A stretch of 52,947 bases of DNA, filler included, from Dirinaria sp. TL-2023a (GCA_051941275.1; 3 parts of 3 records of this genome joined end to end with filler, not necessarily neighbours in it), one strand, 5' to 3'. Shown: positions 35,375-49,800, counted from the whole stretch's first letter. Notes: generated by a model from the letters alone, not told the origin. Made by a program: numbers and translations.

Positions 35375-36305
35375 ACGTGTCAGAGATGGGGTTTTATAGT
35401 TTCGGATTGGATTGGGAGAGGGACAAGAGCTTTGTGATGACAGGTACTACTGCGTGAGGATTGTTTTGTTTTTTTTATCCCCCGCATATTCATTGACTAT
35501 GCTTGTTTGAGAATGCTGGTCTGATGTTTCGTCTTGATGGATCCCTTGAGCTGGATGGATATGGATAGCCGACAGTTCACTCTGCAACAGGATGTTTGAA
35601 CAGGGTGACGTAGATTCGATGTGTTCAAATGTGAGTATGTGCGCTCTCGAGAAAACCACTTTCTCACAGATGATAGAAATTTTTTCAAGACAAAAATTAC
35701 GACAATGCTATTGTCGGAGATAGGTCTTCTTTGCTCTCGCTTGCACGTCACAGACTCCACATTTTTGACAAAAAAGGAAATAGCTTGCTCGAAGCTAGGT
35801 GTGTGCAGCGCATCTCATGTCTTTTAGGTATTAGAGATTGAGGGACTCATGGAGGCCAAATCCTGCATCGTAAGTCTGCGAGTCAGAATCGACGAGAAAT
35901 ATACCTACTGCAAACCAGACATCTCTTCTGCCACTAGCTGAACAGTACTCTGAAGATTTTTTCCTGTAATAGGAGAATGTAGAAAATGTTTCGAGTCATA
36001 TAACAAACGAGATCATCCTATACTCTGACATGGTGCCAATTCCAAGCGCACCAGCACCTCGTGTCGGGCATAAAGATTTTAATCCAATGATAATGAAAAT
36101 GTGAATCAATCAAGAATCATCGTGATTTTGACGACTCATTAAAAGTGTATTTGGTCACAGTAAGAGCATCGAAGGAGCGATCTCATTCCTGCCAGGACGA
36201 GCGGCGATAATTAGAGAGCAATATTCTGAATGGATAACATATCCCATGGGAAGCCGAGATGCAGGCCGAGTCGGCACAGTCAGACTTCCCTTCCCAATAC
36301 TCTAC

Positions 36306-37653
36306 TCAGAGCATAGCTTCAATGAGACTCAGATTGCCTACTCCTTTGCTCCAGATGCCAGTGACAGTCAGCCCCACGCTGCTTAGCAGCTCCCTCCACT
36401 CGCGCTCTGTTCGCTCCTGCGCCGCAAAAGCCGCCATCATATAAATATCCAGCGCCGTGTGCTGCCACGCGGCGTCGCGATCCGCCAAGACGCATTCGTG
36501 GATCAATATCTTCGAGTATCCAGGCTCCAAAGCGTTTTTGAGATGTCGCAGGATAGTCCGACATTCCTTGTCGGGCCAATCGTGGAGTATGTGTCGCATG
36601 TAGTAAGCGCGGGCCCCTTTGAGCGACTCTGGCTTGAAGAAATCGTGCACGATAGGCTCAATGATTGAAGCATGGCTTTGCACCTTGGCAATCTGCACCA
36701 CCGACTCCTGCTCTTGCAACACCAGTCGCCCTTTCCACGCCGGCACTTTCTTTTTGAACTCCGCAAGCGCTTGCCCGTATCCACCACCGACGTCGACAAA
36801 GGCTGCAGCATCGCCGTCGTAGCGAAGACCCTCGAGCAGGTGTTCCTCGACAGGATAGAAACCTGGGTCCATGAAATTGGGCCGATCCTCGCGACATCCG
36901 GCTATAAAGTCTTGAAAGGCTTGCAAGACTCGTGGATGCTGCTCGAGCCACGCCCAGTGGTTTGGCGTTTTGTGAGCGTACTGAAACGGACCGTTGTTGG
37001 TGTCCTCAGGATTCTGGTACTCAGTACTCGAGAGAAACTCCGGCATCTTATTCAAAGTGGGGCCTCCGGCATCAGAACTACATACCGCGAAACCCCTTAA
37101 CAAAGAAAGTTTGGCACAAGAAATGCTTTTAGGGTCTTACAGGTAACAGATACCTTCGCGGTACTTGGGATGTTCCAGATATTTTGACATCTCATTTTGA
37201 GCGTATTCTTCATCTCCGGTCTGACGCACCATCTTCGTAGCCGCCAAATGACGAAGCACTCGGTTGAGAAGCTTCGGTGAAGCGCTGCTTGGGGCAGCAA
37301 GCTCGGTCACTGATTTGGGACGCCCATTATCTGCCGCCAAGGTATCAAAGAGCTTGAGATCCAGCGCCATGCGAGCAGCGAAGAGCCGAGTAGGCTAACG
37401 GATATACCATCAGCGTACATTCGCCATGGAAGGTATGAACTACCTCGCCCATCGTAAAGCCATAGATTCTTTCCAGTGGACTTTCCAGCGCGGTCACCAG
37501 TGCTGTAGCCTGCTCCAAGAGTGCCTCGTGGGAGTCCGGCTCATTTTGCTCTAATCTCTGGCCTTGAGTAGCGACAGCTTTCAGGATTTGTTTGACGGTA
37601 TCTGCATCATAAGGCCTGCTCGGTGTCGCAGTAGCAGCGTTAGGGTTCGACAT
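36306..37653 (-). CDS. Fungal O-methyltransferase (Methyltransf_2 with winged-helix dimerisation domain), 3 exons
   Basis: LVTALESP, ALDLKLFD, LLNRVLRHLAA, FVDVGGGYG, HDFF, AYYMRHILHDWPD and ERTEREWRELL. Confidence 0.92.
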
Positions 37654-37824
37654 GATCAAAGGAATCGAAAGGACTTTGTATCGATGAGAGGAGAGGCCAT
37701 AGGCAAGACTTGGGGGCCAGGACTGTTTTGTCCATTATACCTTACCACGTACAGCGGCGCTAGCCGGTTTCAACGATGCGCAGGCCGCAGACGGCGTTGA
37801 AATCTCATAAGGAGGGGTGTTGTC

Positions 37825-38485
37825 GAGGATATGTTTATCATGGGCCAGTTTTAGTGTCATGCCGTTTATGATGTATCACCCCTCTCTGCATGCGAGTGGT
37901 ACATCATAAACGGCACTACCTACGTCACGTTATCTCGCAAAATATTTTATTCTTCATGTTGCTCGTCATCTCATCGTCGCATCTCGTTGTCGCATCTCGT
38001 TGTCGTCGATAAATAGAATAGATCTCTTCAAAAGTCATGTGCTAAAGCTGAATGAGTTGACTTCAGACTTCTTTGTTTCAGCTTGCTCATCGCTTCTAAG
38101 TAGCGAATCATCAACGCAATTGTGTGCTCGTGTGTTCTGTTTCTGCTTCAATTGACGCTGCATCAGAGCTCTGAGTATGTCAGAATCAATGGATGTTGAT
38201 GATGTCTATGTGAAAAATCGATCTGACAAAATCGACTGTGTTAATAGAAAGGTCAACTTGATTCAGATGACAAAATGTTTTAATAGACGACGACGAGGTA
38301 TTTTAGTGTTAGTGAGTGACGGCAAGATCAGCAGGGTCAGTATGATAGGGCGTCATAGAGGGTAGGATAATTTGCCGGTGAACTAGCATAGATAGTGCTG
38401 TTTATAATATATTATCATGATGCATGGAGGGTAGTATATCATAAACCGCATGACACTAAAATTGGGTCATGCTAAACATATGCTC
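37825..38485. mobile_element. Non-autonomous Mutator-like (MULE) DNA transposon, 661 bp, about 100-bp imperfect TIRs, 9-bp TSD
   Basis: Left end GAGGATATGTTTATCATGGGCCAGTTTTAGTGTCATGCCGTTTATGATG... matches the reverse complement of the right end GAGCATATGTTTAGCATGACCCAATTTTAGTGTCATGCGGTTTATGATA.... Flanks are GGTGTTGTC (37816-37824) and GGTGCTGTC (38486-38494). Confidence 0.8.
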
Positions 38486-39678
38486 GGTGCTGTCTGTTTT
38501 GATTGTCCACCCTTTCTCGCAGGAGCGCTAGTAGTGCTATCTTCCTCCATCTTGCATTCTTGGCTGCCATGGCTTTTGTACGTACCTTACATGTGGAGGG
38601 AGCTACGGTGTCCCGAAGGATGAGCAGCTGTACATCGCGTTTCCTCGTGTTGTCCCTTCGACGGACAGAGTAATTGGAACGGTAAGCCGGACCAGGATGT
38701 CCTCATCAAACTTGGATATGCAGCCCCTTTAGGGCACTGTACGAGTACCAACGATAGTTGGAGTCTCAAAGCTCCTTTGAGTGTTCCAGCATGCCATTCT
38801 CGGCCTGTCACCAAGTTGAATGTTCCTCGTCGCAGTTTCAAATTTCATGGATGAGATTCTCACGGTCAGGATTACTGTGCCAGGTATTAGGATATGTCAT
38901 CTAGATAAGCTCGTTCGATCAGCCCGAAGCCCGTCCTCTCGGTTCGCCTCGGTCCTACCCGCAATCGGTCCTACCCACACTTTTCCGCCCCTGGTTCTCC
39001 CCCTTCGACCTATGATTTGCCCTGATGGTACGAATTCCACTAATCTACTTTATGGAATGAGATCAATCTGTGTGCGTGGCTCCGATGATGGCTTGGTGCT
39101 TTGCATGAACCCCGACCCGCTCCTGCTAATGATCGTCGACACCAAAGCGCTTAGCAAAAGCAATTCCGCTGTGGCTGCCTGAAGCAGGGCAATCGGTAAC
39201 GAGCGAAATGCTGATCATCCTGCATCAAGTGATGTACGGATCATGGGTTCCTGACACCCATCAGAGCCTCGTCTTGAATGTTTGCAGCAGGTCTTACGGA
39301 TCCTCCACTGCCCATTCAGAAGCATCGCCATCAAAAGCCACAGCGCCTGGCCCATGCACCTTGATGCAGCTGACCAAGCCCCAATTGCCTTTGACTGGCA
39401 ACTCTTGGATTGAACGATGATTGCTTCGTCAGGAGCAGATGCTGTGCCGCAGATACCAGATCATGGCGTAGTTGCCCTCTATCCACAGACCGTTATAATG
39501 ATGGGTTCTCTTCCTGGCAAAGTTTTAGAGTTAGAGATCCTTGGTGACCAATCTCAATTCTCTCCCGAAGCTTGTGATATACACCGTATCGGAGTTGAGT
39601 TTGGCTTGACTCGCTTTCTGCCGAGAAGTGTTGGCAGATTGGAAGTCATACATCAACCCTACCGCGACTTCCATCAAA

Positions 39679-40980
39679 ATGCGTGGTGACAATTATGCCG
39701 CTGTGCTATTAGGCCTCGCATGGACCTTGACCTGCCTTTCCGCCTTGCTTGTCGCTGGCAGGATCTTTTGCCGCGTTCACTGCCACATCAAGGTTGGCTG
39801 GGACGATGCCTGGGTCACGATCTCGCTCGTATGTCAGTGCTGGGCGAGGTGACATGTTCGAAGCTTGCGTCCGCTAAACTTGAGTTACAGGCCATGAGCA
39901 TCACAATGAGCATCAGCTGGACAGTGTATGCAAGCCTGGGCGGGACGGTCGACGCTCCGCTGCCCTACGACCAAAGTGTAAAAATCACCTTCGTCAGCTG
40001 GCTGTCCCAAACAGCGTGCATCGTGGGTATCGTCTGTACCAAAAACGCAGTCGCTGCTTTGATCAAGCGTCTTCAGGCGCCCTCAAAATGGCGCACATCC
40101 GTTCTCTGGTTCTTGTGCTCGGCCTGTGCGGCTTTGGGGGTCGTTCAGATTGGGATTGTCTGGGGTCAGTGCCGTCCATCCAGTACATTGTGGGACCCGC
40201 GGCGCCATCCTGCCGGCAAATGCTGGAGCCGCACTGTCTTGGTTTATAGCGGGATTTTTTCCAGTGGTTCGTTTTACCTCCAATCGAAATCGACATATCG
40301 GTAAATGTTAATCTCACATAGCCTTTTGGGCACTCACGGACATTATTTTCGCCATCCTACCGGTGCATATGGTCATGAAACTCAACATGGCTTTATCACG
40401 AAAAATTGCGATATGCGCTTTGTTGAGCACAGGTATATTGTAGGTCTTATTCGATATCATCGCTATCTGCTTATGACTGATGTTGCCCTCCTGTAGTGCC
40501 GCTGCCATGACAATCGTGCGTTCTACAAGGCTTTCAGTAGATCTTCATACGAACTTGGATCCTGTCTATCAGTATGTGTTGTTTTTCATATGGAACGCTG
40601 TCGAAGTCAATGCCCTCATTATCAGCTCCTGCATCCCAACGTTGATGCCTCTCTGGGAGTTTGCAAGAGTTCGTACGGTATCGTGGTATAAGACTGTTCA
40701 GCCTACCACAATCAGCCGCAAGTACCATAGTAGAAACGACGCTCTTACTCCACTTCCTTTTCAAATCGGACGACAAGATCAAAGTCTTAAGCGTCAATCG
40801 TATTCAAAGCAAACGTACACCAACCTCGACGGGGAAAGTGATAGCATGGGCTTTGGTGTAAAACGTAACAATAAGTCCTCCGCGTTCGTCTCAGCGCAGG
40901 GCATCATTAAAGACATCGAGCAAGGCATTCATGTTACGCGAGAAGTAGATATTATCAACTATCACCGCTCAAGTCTTTGA
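39679..40980 (+). CDS. PTH11-like (fungal rhodopsin-domain) integral membrane receptor without CFEM, multi-exon
   Basis: LVAGRIFCR...VGWDDAWV, CTKNAVA, WGQCRPSSTLWDP..GKCW, TDIIFAILP, WNAVEVNALIISSCIPTLMPL and C-terminal GIHVTREV. Confidence 0.85.
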
Positions 40981-43780
40981 TATCATTATAAGAGATCATC
41001 CTAAATAGACAGGGTCTGCTCCGCCCCTGATGATATAAGGTGTGCGCGTAACACATTTGGCTCTTACTTGATGTGCTTGATATTAGATTTGAGCAACTCA
41101 ATCGCTGTTCGGCGGACAGAATGACGCTGCTCCTCGGTTTGCCAATTCTGTGCTACTGAGAAAACATAGTCACTGAAACTTCAAGGCAACGCAGCTACCT
41201 AGATCATTACGAGAAGGAGTCTTCTGATTGGCAAAAACATCGCCAAGTCCCTTGGGAATTCACGCATGCAAAATAAAGCGATTTGCGGTCTCTCGGCTAA
41301 ATCAAATCAGGTGATCCCAGGACGAGTGCATTGTTCAGTATCGACAAGGAAGCGCCATAGAACTGAGAATTGACGTTCAATACGCTTGAACTACATCTGC
41401 AGTAGTGGAGGAACATGGTTGAGTGCTTGTTGCCGATGCTCTTGAGTCTCGGATCCAAGCCTGAATTTAGTCGTCAAATAATACGAAGAAACGTTTTGGT
41501 CACTGATTTCGATGGGAGTACCATAAGATGGGAGGTACAAAGGATACCGTCAGGTCTTGGCCAGGATAATCAGCGCCATTAGTGTAACTGCCTAGAGGCC
41601 GCGCGGGGAGCATCTAAGAATTTCACCTGGGATTCAGTTTGCTACCCACGCTATCTTGGGTACTCATAAGGACGCTCGTCAAAGCGGACCTGCTAGCGGC
41701 ATGTATGACATGCAGGCTCATGTTAAGACGACGGGAACTTCTCGGAGACGGAAGGGGGTCATGATGAGGCCTACCAACATAAGTATTGTATGACGATCAG
41801 CATGTCATCTTGTGTCCTTATCATCGTCCCACGCAAATGACAGTAGTGAGAGCTATTACGATTATGCCTGTCTATTCGCTCCATTCCCCGATTGCTGACG
41901 ATAGGAGAATTTGGGCTGGGATCTAGGCAGCACCGATGGCCCCTCTCACGAGATCCCAGCGCTCATTGGCATTGCCATGATGGCGAGTCTCTTTTGCCGT
42001 ACCAAGTGGGGCATGGAGCACCGCATGCTGGCTTATCGCACAAAAATATTCATGGAAGTACGAGATACTTGTTGGCGGTACCATCCAGTGTATATAGACA
42101 TGGATCGCGAAGAGACGGAACGTTAGCGCATGATTGAAGCAGGTCGGCACTTACAACAATAACATGCCCGATGATGCCTGGAACAATAAGATGGGTTCTA
42201 TCAAAGTTTACCGTTTGGATTTTCAGAGGGCAAAAATATGCATTACCAGTCATGGCGCTGGTGAGCTTCATGCGCTATCCCATGAGAGGACTCTCCGATT
42301 TCCCAGGGATCCGCCAAAGCATACCCGGCAACTCATGACAACGTATATCAAGGGAGCGACGATTGATTGACGTTTCAACGGAGAATCATCCGCGAGTAGA
42401 CAGGTTTTTGGAATGTGTATCTATATCATACGAAGAGAACCCAAAGGTTAATCAGTACATCAAGCAATTGATAAAAAGAACGAGCCCTCTTTTTTGCTCG
42501 GGCATCCAATATGAACGCCGAATCTAACGTAACGCACTGCCTGCTTAATAATATCCCAAAAAAAAAAAGAAGAAGAAGAAGATGAAGAAGAAGAAGGGAA
42601 CAAAATATCTCTTCCCGAAACGGAAGCAACACAGAAGCACAACGCAGGCTCCTTCCCAAGTCGATAATAATCCAACCAAATATTTGGCTGACCGTAATTG
42701 GTTTATCCTTGTTTACGGCCAACAACGGCGACTTATATCTCCCAAATCAAGGCCTGGTCATCATACTATAAACCTTTGCGGGGGATGCAATTTTACCAAT
42801 ATATGATAACATGGCAGCGTCAAGTCGATCGGACAGCCGCCCGTGAGCGGTTCCTCTTCCCATTAAAGATCCGTAGCCAATGGTTCATTACCGAGGCCCC
42901 CAGCCTCAACCTGGCAGCATGCGGTGACTTTAGAGACCGTAAAACCGAATTTGAAATCTCTCACAAAGCGATGCTGACTGCGATAAGGGAGCATTATGCC
43001 TAAGCTGGCGATCGTGATGAAATGGAACCCTTTCCATCGCTGGGGTTGAAATGAAAGGAATCTACAGAAAAGCAAGCGGAAAGTGTAAAGCTGAACAGCC
43101 TGGGGTTGAAGAAGAAAGTGAACTGGAAAGCGAAATCTTAATACTCAAATTTTAAGTCAAGAAGTTCACCTAACCTTCGCCTATAATGAAGGGCATCGCT
43201 GAGATAAGGAACACACGAGATCCAGCTCGTATAAATTAAGTAGATATTGAACCCACAAATCTCAAAAAGAGAATCCTGTTGTACGAATAAAGCAAACATG
43301 CAATACCATTTCAAAACCCAAAAAAATCAGCACCCGTAGATTCCTCTCCAAAATAAAGACTACAAAACCCATGAGGACATATCGAACGAAAGCATGTATA
43401 CGAAGAAGAATTCATGATGAATTAGATATGAATCTATCTCTATAACGGGAAAATTAAGGAGTAAAATCCATAACTTACTTTATCGTTGAGTCGGTGAGTA
43501 TGAAGTGCACTTTAGAATGTAGAAGTTTACCCTTTCCTGACACGAGCGAGGAGTGCGGGAAGATGTGAGTCATTCGTCTGAGATACTACCTCTTTCAATT
43601 AAGTCGATATACTCCACAAACCAGCTAGCTAGCTAGCTACACGATAAAGCGTCTCCAAGCTCCTATCTTCCATCCATAGACCATCTCGCCAGCACATCTC
43701 ACATCGCCAAACCATCTCGAAGCAAAACCTAGAGAATCCGAGGTCATCTCAGCCAATAATCATATTCTATCTGAACTCCG

Positions 43781-43817
<37 letters not shown>
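43781..43817 (+). repeat. Poly(A) tract (37 nt)
   Basis: Directly visible. No target-site duplication or element body was recognised. Confidence 0.9.
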
Positions 43818-43821
<4 letters not shown>

Positions 43822-44433
43822 GCATTAACTAATAATATGTATGCAATCTCATCGATCGATCTAGCGTGCACTATACTCTCAATGATCAATCCTCGAATCT
43901 TCGCCATCCGCCAAAAAGCCATGACAATGATGCCATCTAGTACATGAACTCAGAAATCTATAACATAATTCTTATAAAAGAAAACTCGACATGCAAATTT
44001 CCAAGCGAAAAACGTGAAGCCATTATTTTTCAAAGAAGAGTGACAATTATGATACGCTCAATACAGCGAACGATGGATGAGTCTCACGTTTCGACGAGGA
44101 GGTTATTAGGGCAGTTAACTGAAGGAAGGTGCGTGGATGCGGAACAAGATATTCTTGGATGGGTATCTTTGTACTTTGGCATGGTATAGAGAGATGAGGG
44201 ATAGAGCGGGTTTTGGGTGGCTCTTTCTGTTCTGTTCTGTTCCCACCCTCCAAGAGGGCCTCGGAGCGCGATGCTAGCAAATCTTAAATTTCGTTTTTTC
44301 ACGAGTAAGAAGTTTAGCATTACTTATAAGGGCATCTTTACAGCAAGCGCATGCATAAACGGTTCCGAAACTATGAATCATAAACTAGTAGTCCACTGTA
44401 CGTACCTCTCCAATCAACAGTCAAAAACGTAAA

Positions 44434-45393
44434 TTAGCTTGACGCTTCCAGTATCCTCATAGATTTATGGACAGTCTTTGCGATCTCAGTACCTTTCTCA
44501 TATATTTCCTTATGGTCACCGTGTAATTCCATTACCATGCCTTGCTGGCTGGAGTCCATGCGGTCCAGTACATCCGACATGATACATGTTTGCTGCCAGT
44601 CCACTAGACTGTCCGTCTTGCTATGTGCCAGCACCAGCAATTTGACCTCCTTGCGGATGGCATCTTTGGTCGTAAGCCCCTGGACCCATCCACCTTCTGC
44701 CTCTGGCCCAAAAGCTCCGTTGGTGAACTCATCATAGACTTTCCGATTGGGTTGGTGAGCATCTCGAAGCGCTGTAAAATCGTAGATTCCGCAGAGACTG
44801 AGGGCCGCAATTGGGTATGCGAAAGGAGGGGCAAGCGCTTGACAGATCTTAAGCGTCATAGTCCCGCCCACACTGTGGCCTGCCAGAATGTAGCCTTGGG
44901 GAATTTGATCCTCTTCCACGTCTGGCCTCCGTCGAGGATCATGATTGCGACCGTGCTGCAGCGTCCAGCTTATACCCGCTCTGACATCTTCCAGATGGTC
45001 TGGCCACGTCGCCGTACGGCTTGGGTCATCTTCCCTGCTAGGTAGTGTAGGGTGCGAAGGATACGGAGAGAGGCGGTAATTGATTGATGCAACGGCAAAG
45101 ATCCCCGGAGTATAGTACGAGGAAGTAGGGTCGAAGAGAGTGGGGAGCGTAGCGAGGATGCTCGTCGAAGTCTGCAGTGGATCGCGGAAAGCCCCACCAT
45201 GTATGAAGCTTTTGCCATTAGCAGCGAGTCTGGGCTAGGAAGTCAGGGAATTTTTGCACATTAACCAAAGTGGGGATGATGAAGCAGCATCCCCAGGAAA
45301 ATGCAGATCGAGGGTATTGAGGGTGGAGCGATCCGAGTAACGGATATTGAACTTCGAGGTAATCTGATACCCTCTGCTCAGCTGTGTTGCCAT
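44434..45393 (-). CDS. Alpha/beta hydrolase, kynurenine formamidase (Bna7)-like; one intron about 45210-45259
   Basis: Spliced product MATQLSRGY...NTLDLHFP...LWLI/FIHGGAFRDP...ASINYRLSPYPSHP...WPDHLEDV...ILAGHSVGG...GIYDF...HSKTDSLVD...GDHKE contains HGG, GxSxG, Asp and His. Confidence 0.85.
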
Positions 45394-45713
45394 ATCTCAC
45401 GGCACCGTTAGAAGTTCAGTTATGTGCCAACCACACCCCCCCACCAGTAGTCGAGTTCTTTTCTTACTGCTCCCAAAACAGGAAGGTGTGCCGCTCGATC
45501 TAGAACAGCCTTTTCTTTTGGTGAATGTACACCCATCAAGTCTACTCTTCGAAACGCACACTAACCAAATGGATTTGAAATTCCAATCATGCGTCAATGG
45601 AGAGTCGAAAAGGCCTCAATAGTATTAGTCCCCGCGCTTCCGCTATATGGAAAGCCCAGCGTAATAGCGTGTAATGGTTAAAATCTTTGGCACAGTTCGT
45701 CATCCCACAACTT

Positions 45714-46867
45714 TCAATTGAACCTGATCAATTCCATCAATTTTTTCACTTTTCGAGAAATCGGGCTGAATAAACCGTGGTGGCCAGGTTGGGTCTGAGG
45801 GTTGTGTGCGGACTGATTAACTTCCTTCTCAGACTCACTTGTCACAGCAGCTGGCTCTGGCGTGCCATTCTCCTCAACTTGGGCCTCAGTATTGCAAGCC
45901 GACCGCCGAGCTATCCTTTGTCGTCGCTTTTCGTCTTTGCGTACAGATTCCTCGTGGTCTGCAAGAGCCTGTTCTTTATCCCGGATTACGCGTAGCTTCT
46001 CCATCATCATTTCCTCCTTATGCCTGTGCCGCACAGCAATAGCATTGATTTCGTAAATCTCCTTTATAGGTGCTGTGGCCCATGATGTCCCTCGACCTGA
46101 CACGTCTTGTCCAAGTCCGCAGAAACGCTCAAGGGTGCGGTCCCAATCATCCTCAAGCAGTCCCAGATGCTCCAGGTTCTGCATGTCATAGTAGCGAACC
46201 CACCTGCGTTCGTCTGCTCTCTGCTTGTTTGCTATGATGTTGGAGAGAACAGAAGGTTGCGGCTTCTTGTAGCGTAGGAAGGGAAAGCCAGCCGCGTTGA
46301 TCAGGTGAGGCACGCTGCGGCGGCCTGAGAGTGTAGGATATGGCCTATCGAAGATTGACGGGAGGTTCTGCGGTCCGTCCTTTACTTCCTTGATTGTCGG
46401 AGACCTTGAAGCAAGGCCCTTAGACTTCTTAGGCGCCGTCAGCTTCCTGGGCGGCTTTGCTCTGAGATGCTCTAGTATTTCAGGACCAAGGCTGAAAGCC
46501 TTATGTCCTTTATCAATAGCGGCTTGAAGGTGCTTTAAACCCTACTTCCCATTGAGCTTTGTTCAGCACTCACAGAGGGCGGGATGCTCCAACATTGTAT
46601 CCTTTGCGCAGGGCATTCGCCACAGCGGCGGGCTGCTGGAGCCTTGCGTTCCATTGGAACGTGTATGAAAGCCTCTTCTCAATTTCGCGTCGGGAAGTAG
46701 ACCCAGGAACGACAGCTAAAGAAATCTTGCGTGTACGCCGAAGTAAGGCACGATACAAGGCAAAGCCTGGGTTGTGCACCGATCAGCAACGACTCATTGA
46801 AGAAGGGGAGACTCTTACATGCGGCTCGGTGAACACCCGAGATCTGGGGGACGAAGAATCGGGGCAT
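45714..46867 (-). CDS. Putative mitochondrial LYR-motif protein, multi-exon
   Basis: MPRFFVPQISGVHRAAC/(intron)ALYRALLRR...LRKGY/(intron)...RPYPTLSGRRSVPHLINAAGFPFLRYKKPQPSVLS. The LYRxLLR motif lies near the N-terminus. Confidence 0.65.
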
Positions 46868-49800
46868 TCCATTCCGACCAAATCCAGCACTGGGGACAAT
46901 ACTGGCCAGGTTAAGAAACCTCGAGCAACTTTAGCTTTTTCGCAAGATGATGACTAAGCGCTGCCAAGCTAAGGTGCGAGGGGCTGAACATGGCCATAAC
47001 CTTCAATGAAAACTTTTCTAGGTATTATTATTATTTGTATGAGAGCATAAAGGCTATTGCGCTTCAAATACTTTATGTCAGTGGAAGCTGTCTACTGCAG
47101 ACCTCGTTCGATGTCTAGCCATTGCAATACAAAGGCAATCTTTTTTCACCTAATATCATGTCAGAGATCAGCCATCACACTACCATTTTTCATTCCTTCT
47201 TGATTGGTGATATCTAAGCCAGTGAGACTTGGCTCACCAATGATTTTCCCAACACTGGTCCATTCTTGCAACAAGCAAGGTAAAGCCTTCACATGATTTC
47301 TTTCTTTTTCCCCCCTTTTTTTAGGGGGCCGTCGTTACTACATACAATATGAGGATCAAAGCTCCTGCTGCTTTTTTTAAATCCATAATCAAGGTGGTTG
47401 AATCTCTGCTTCCATCGCATTTGTGTTTGCTGTGAGGGACCTTTTTCAACTCCATTGCCTCCCTGTTCTATGGGCGGCTGAGCTTCTACGACCTTTTAGA
47501 ATCTGCAACTATCACAGCACCGTGAATCCAAGGCTCTTAGATGGAGAAGCCCAGCTCGTTGGGGATTTCAAACTAGGCTCCCAAATTACAAGAGAAGAGC
47601 CAACTAAAACCATTGATTGGCACTAAACTTTCAATCCCGAGATAATTAAGGAGACTGGTGTAGAAAAAACTCTATACTATTTGCACCTCTGTGTGGGTCT
47701 CACTCGTTAATCAATTAGGCTCAGGGTCATATAATATCATCACCTTATGAACGCCAGAACTTGCTATGGCTTTGACCTTGGCTGTGGCGTCTTAGCTTTC
47801 ACTTCCCATGAGCATTAGCATGCATTACTCACAGCGCATAGAGGTTCTGATGGAAATGATCATGCGCCTTGGAACCTAAATGATGCTTAATTAATTTTCG
47901 GCAGTTCTAGTTATCTTATTTCTCATGCCGCATCAATTGCTCCCTGCCTTGCCTAGCGCCTCATTCTGGTGGACACATCGGGATTTAGTTTGCAGGTTCT
48001 TGACCATCGCCTCAAGGGAAAACGGAGAACGCTCGCTAGACTGCCTGCAGAGGATTATGCAGTTGATCAGATGTTCGCTCCCATGGCGACCGAAGAAAGG
48101 AATTACTTCTGAGAACAATATTTACTTATCACTTGTTACTTGTCACATTCTTCTCATTACTCCCTACACAAACTCTCTGCTTCGCTGCATATAAAAATCC
48201 CTTACTTTGCTTCGAGCAAGTCATTTCACTAGACATCCCCCTCATACGATTTCTCTGCCATGAGCTAAAGCTTTTCAATTGCACGTGGATTCGACTCTCC
48301 ATGTTTGTCGCGTTCGTGAGCTTTGTGTATTTTTACCTAAAGACCTCCAACCCCAGAGTCTCTTTTAACCTTATCAATCGGTTAGAGGAAATTAGCAATT
48401 GATATCCTCTCAATGACTTCTAGGTCCTTACGTATAAACCTCTCCTTGCTTATATTTTGAGAATCCGTAACAACTACTTCAAAGTATCTTCCTAAGTCTT
48501 GGGTGCGAACATTTCTCAACAAGTGTGTCTTGTTAGCATCCAGCCGGAATTGAAGCGCAGAATATTTTCAGATTCGAAAGATGCTGAGTGTTCAACAATC
48601 TCTGACTTTGCAGAAGTTTATCATGCCTTCGTAAATCAAAACTTCAACCTCTTTAAAGTCGTCAATATCATCATATAAGTCGTATACCTGAAGATAAGTC
48701 TTCATCGAGAATTTCATGGAACTAATTCTAGAACACGATCTTCTGCGTTTGCTCCAAAGCATCTTCTATAAATAATTCAAACCCAATTCTTGGTTTCGGT
48801 CAAAAAGAAACAGTCATAGATTCGCAGAACCCGAAGAGCCAAGACCCTTTTTAGATTAAAGCAAATCTGCGACCCAAATTGCAGCTCAGATCGGACGCCC
48901 GACTCCTCACCCTAAACAAGAATATCTTCAATTAAAAATCTATGGACTTACCTACTCATTCACCAACAGATTTCAGACAGCCTTATTTGGACTCATATCA
49001 GCAAAAACAGTTTTCACAGAAGAGTCCACCGTCGTTCAAGGCTTACCGAACAGGTAGTATCTCAGTTGATCAGGTCTATTCCCCCAAAGAACTTATGTCC
49101 TTAAAAAGGTCTGTCACTCAGGTTCTGAGACCAATATCTTCCTCCAAAAATCTTGTTGTTCTTTTCGACGAAGAACATCATTCATCAAATAGTCCTACTT
49201 TCTGAAATTGCTCCGGTGTAGCAGAAGCTTCCAAAGGTATTTAGAAAACTCTGCTCCCCGTCATGGCTAGCTTGAGGAATCCTCCCAATTTTACAACCGC
49301 TGAAATAAGGACTCTACCAACTGACTTCGCTTCGCAGTATGGGAAAGTTAATTTCACTCAAATCGGTCAACAGTAAAAGCTCTCAGAAAAACTTCACCGC
49401 TAAATTTTTGCTGGGTTGCCGGCAAAAGACAGCAGAGAGAGTCTCCACTTCGCTCATCTACAACCTGACGGTTTACGGAAGAGTCAAAAATGCCGGCACA
49501 TCCCCAACTCTTCTATATGTTTTTCATCATCTATCACGTTCAAGATATATATTCGCTCCGCCACCATCAATCATCTAATCACATTCTCACTCCTCAATGA
49601 AATGATCTGATCCTTGAAGTTTCACGTTTTTTTTGGAGCGAGAAGCTCAGCTCGTGGTCGTGGTTTGGGACATTGGAATCTGTTCGCATGTTAGCAAACA
49701 CCCAGAAAGAGACCCTCGATACGGAGAAGAATTCTCAGGAAGAAGTTTTCTTTGGGGACATTTGGGACAGAGTAAAAGACGCATAAGCATAGATCTCTGG

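Noticed and set aside
25665..40980. One secondary-metabolite cluster of P450 + ATP-grasp + OMT + PTH11-like
   Set aside because: It spans an artificial contig junction, is interrupted by an NLR and has no backbone enzyme or pathway regulator.
41000..44400. Short ORFs in the long intergenic region (e.g. 41892-42370, 42426-43075)
   Set aside because: No recognisable motifs or consistent splice model, and several are driven by A/GAA-rich simple sequence.
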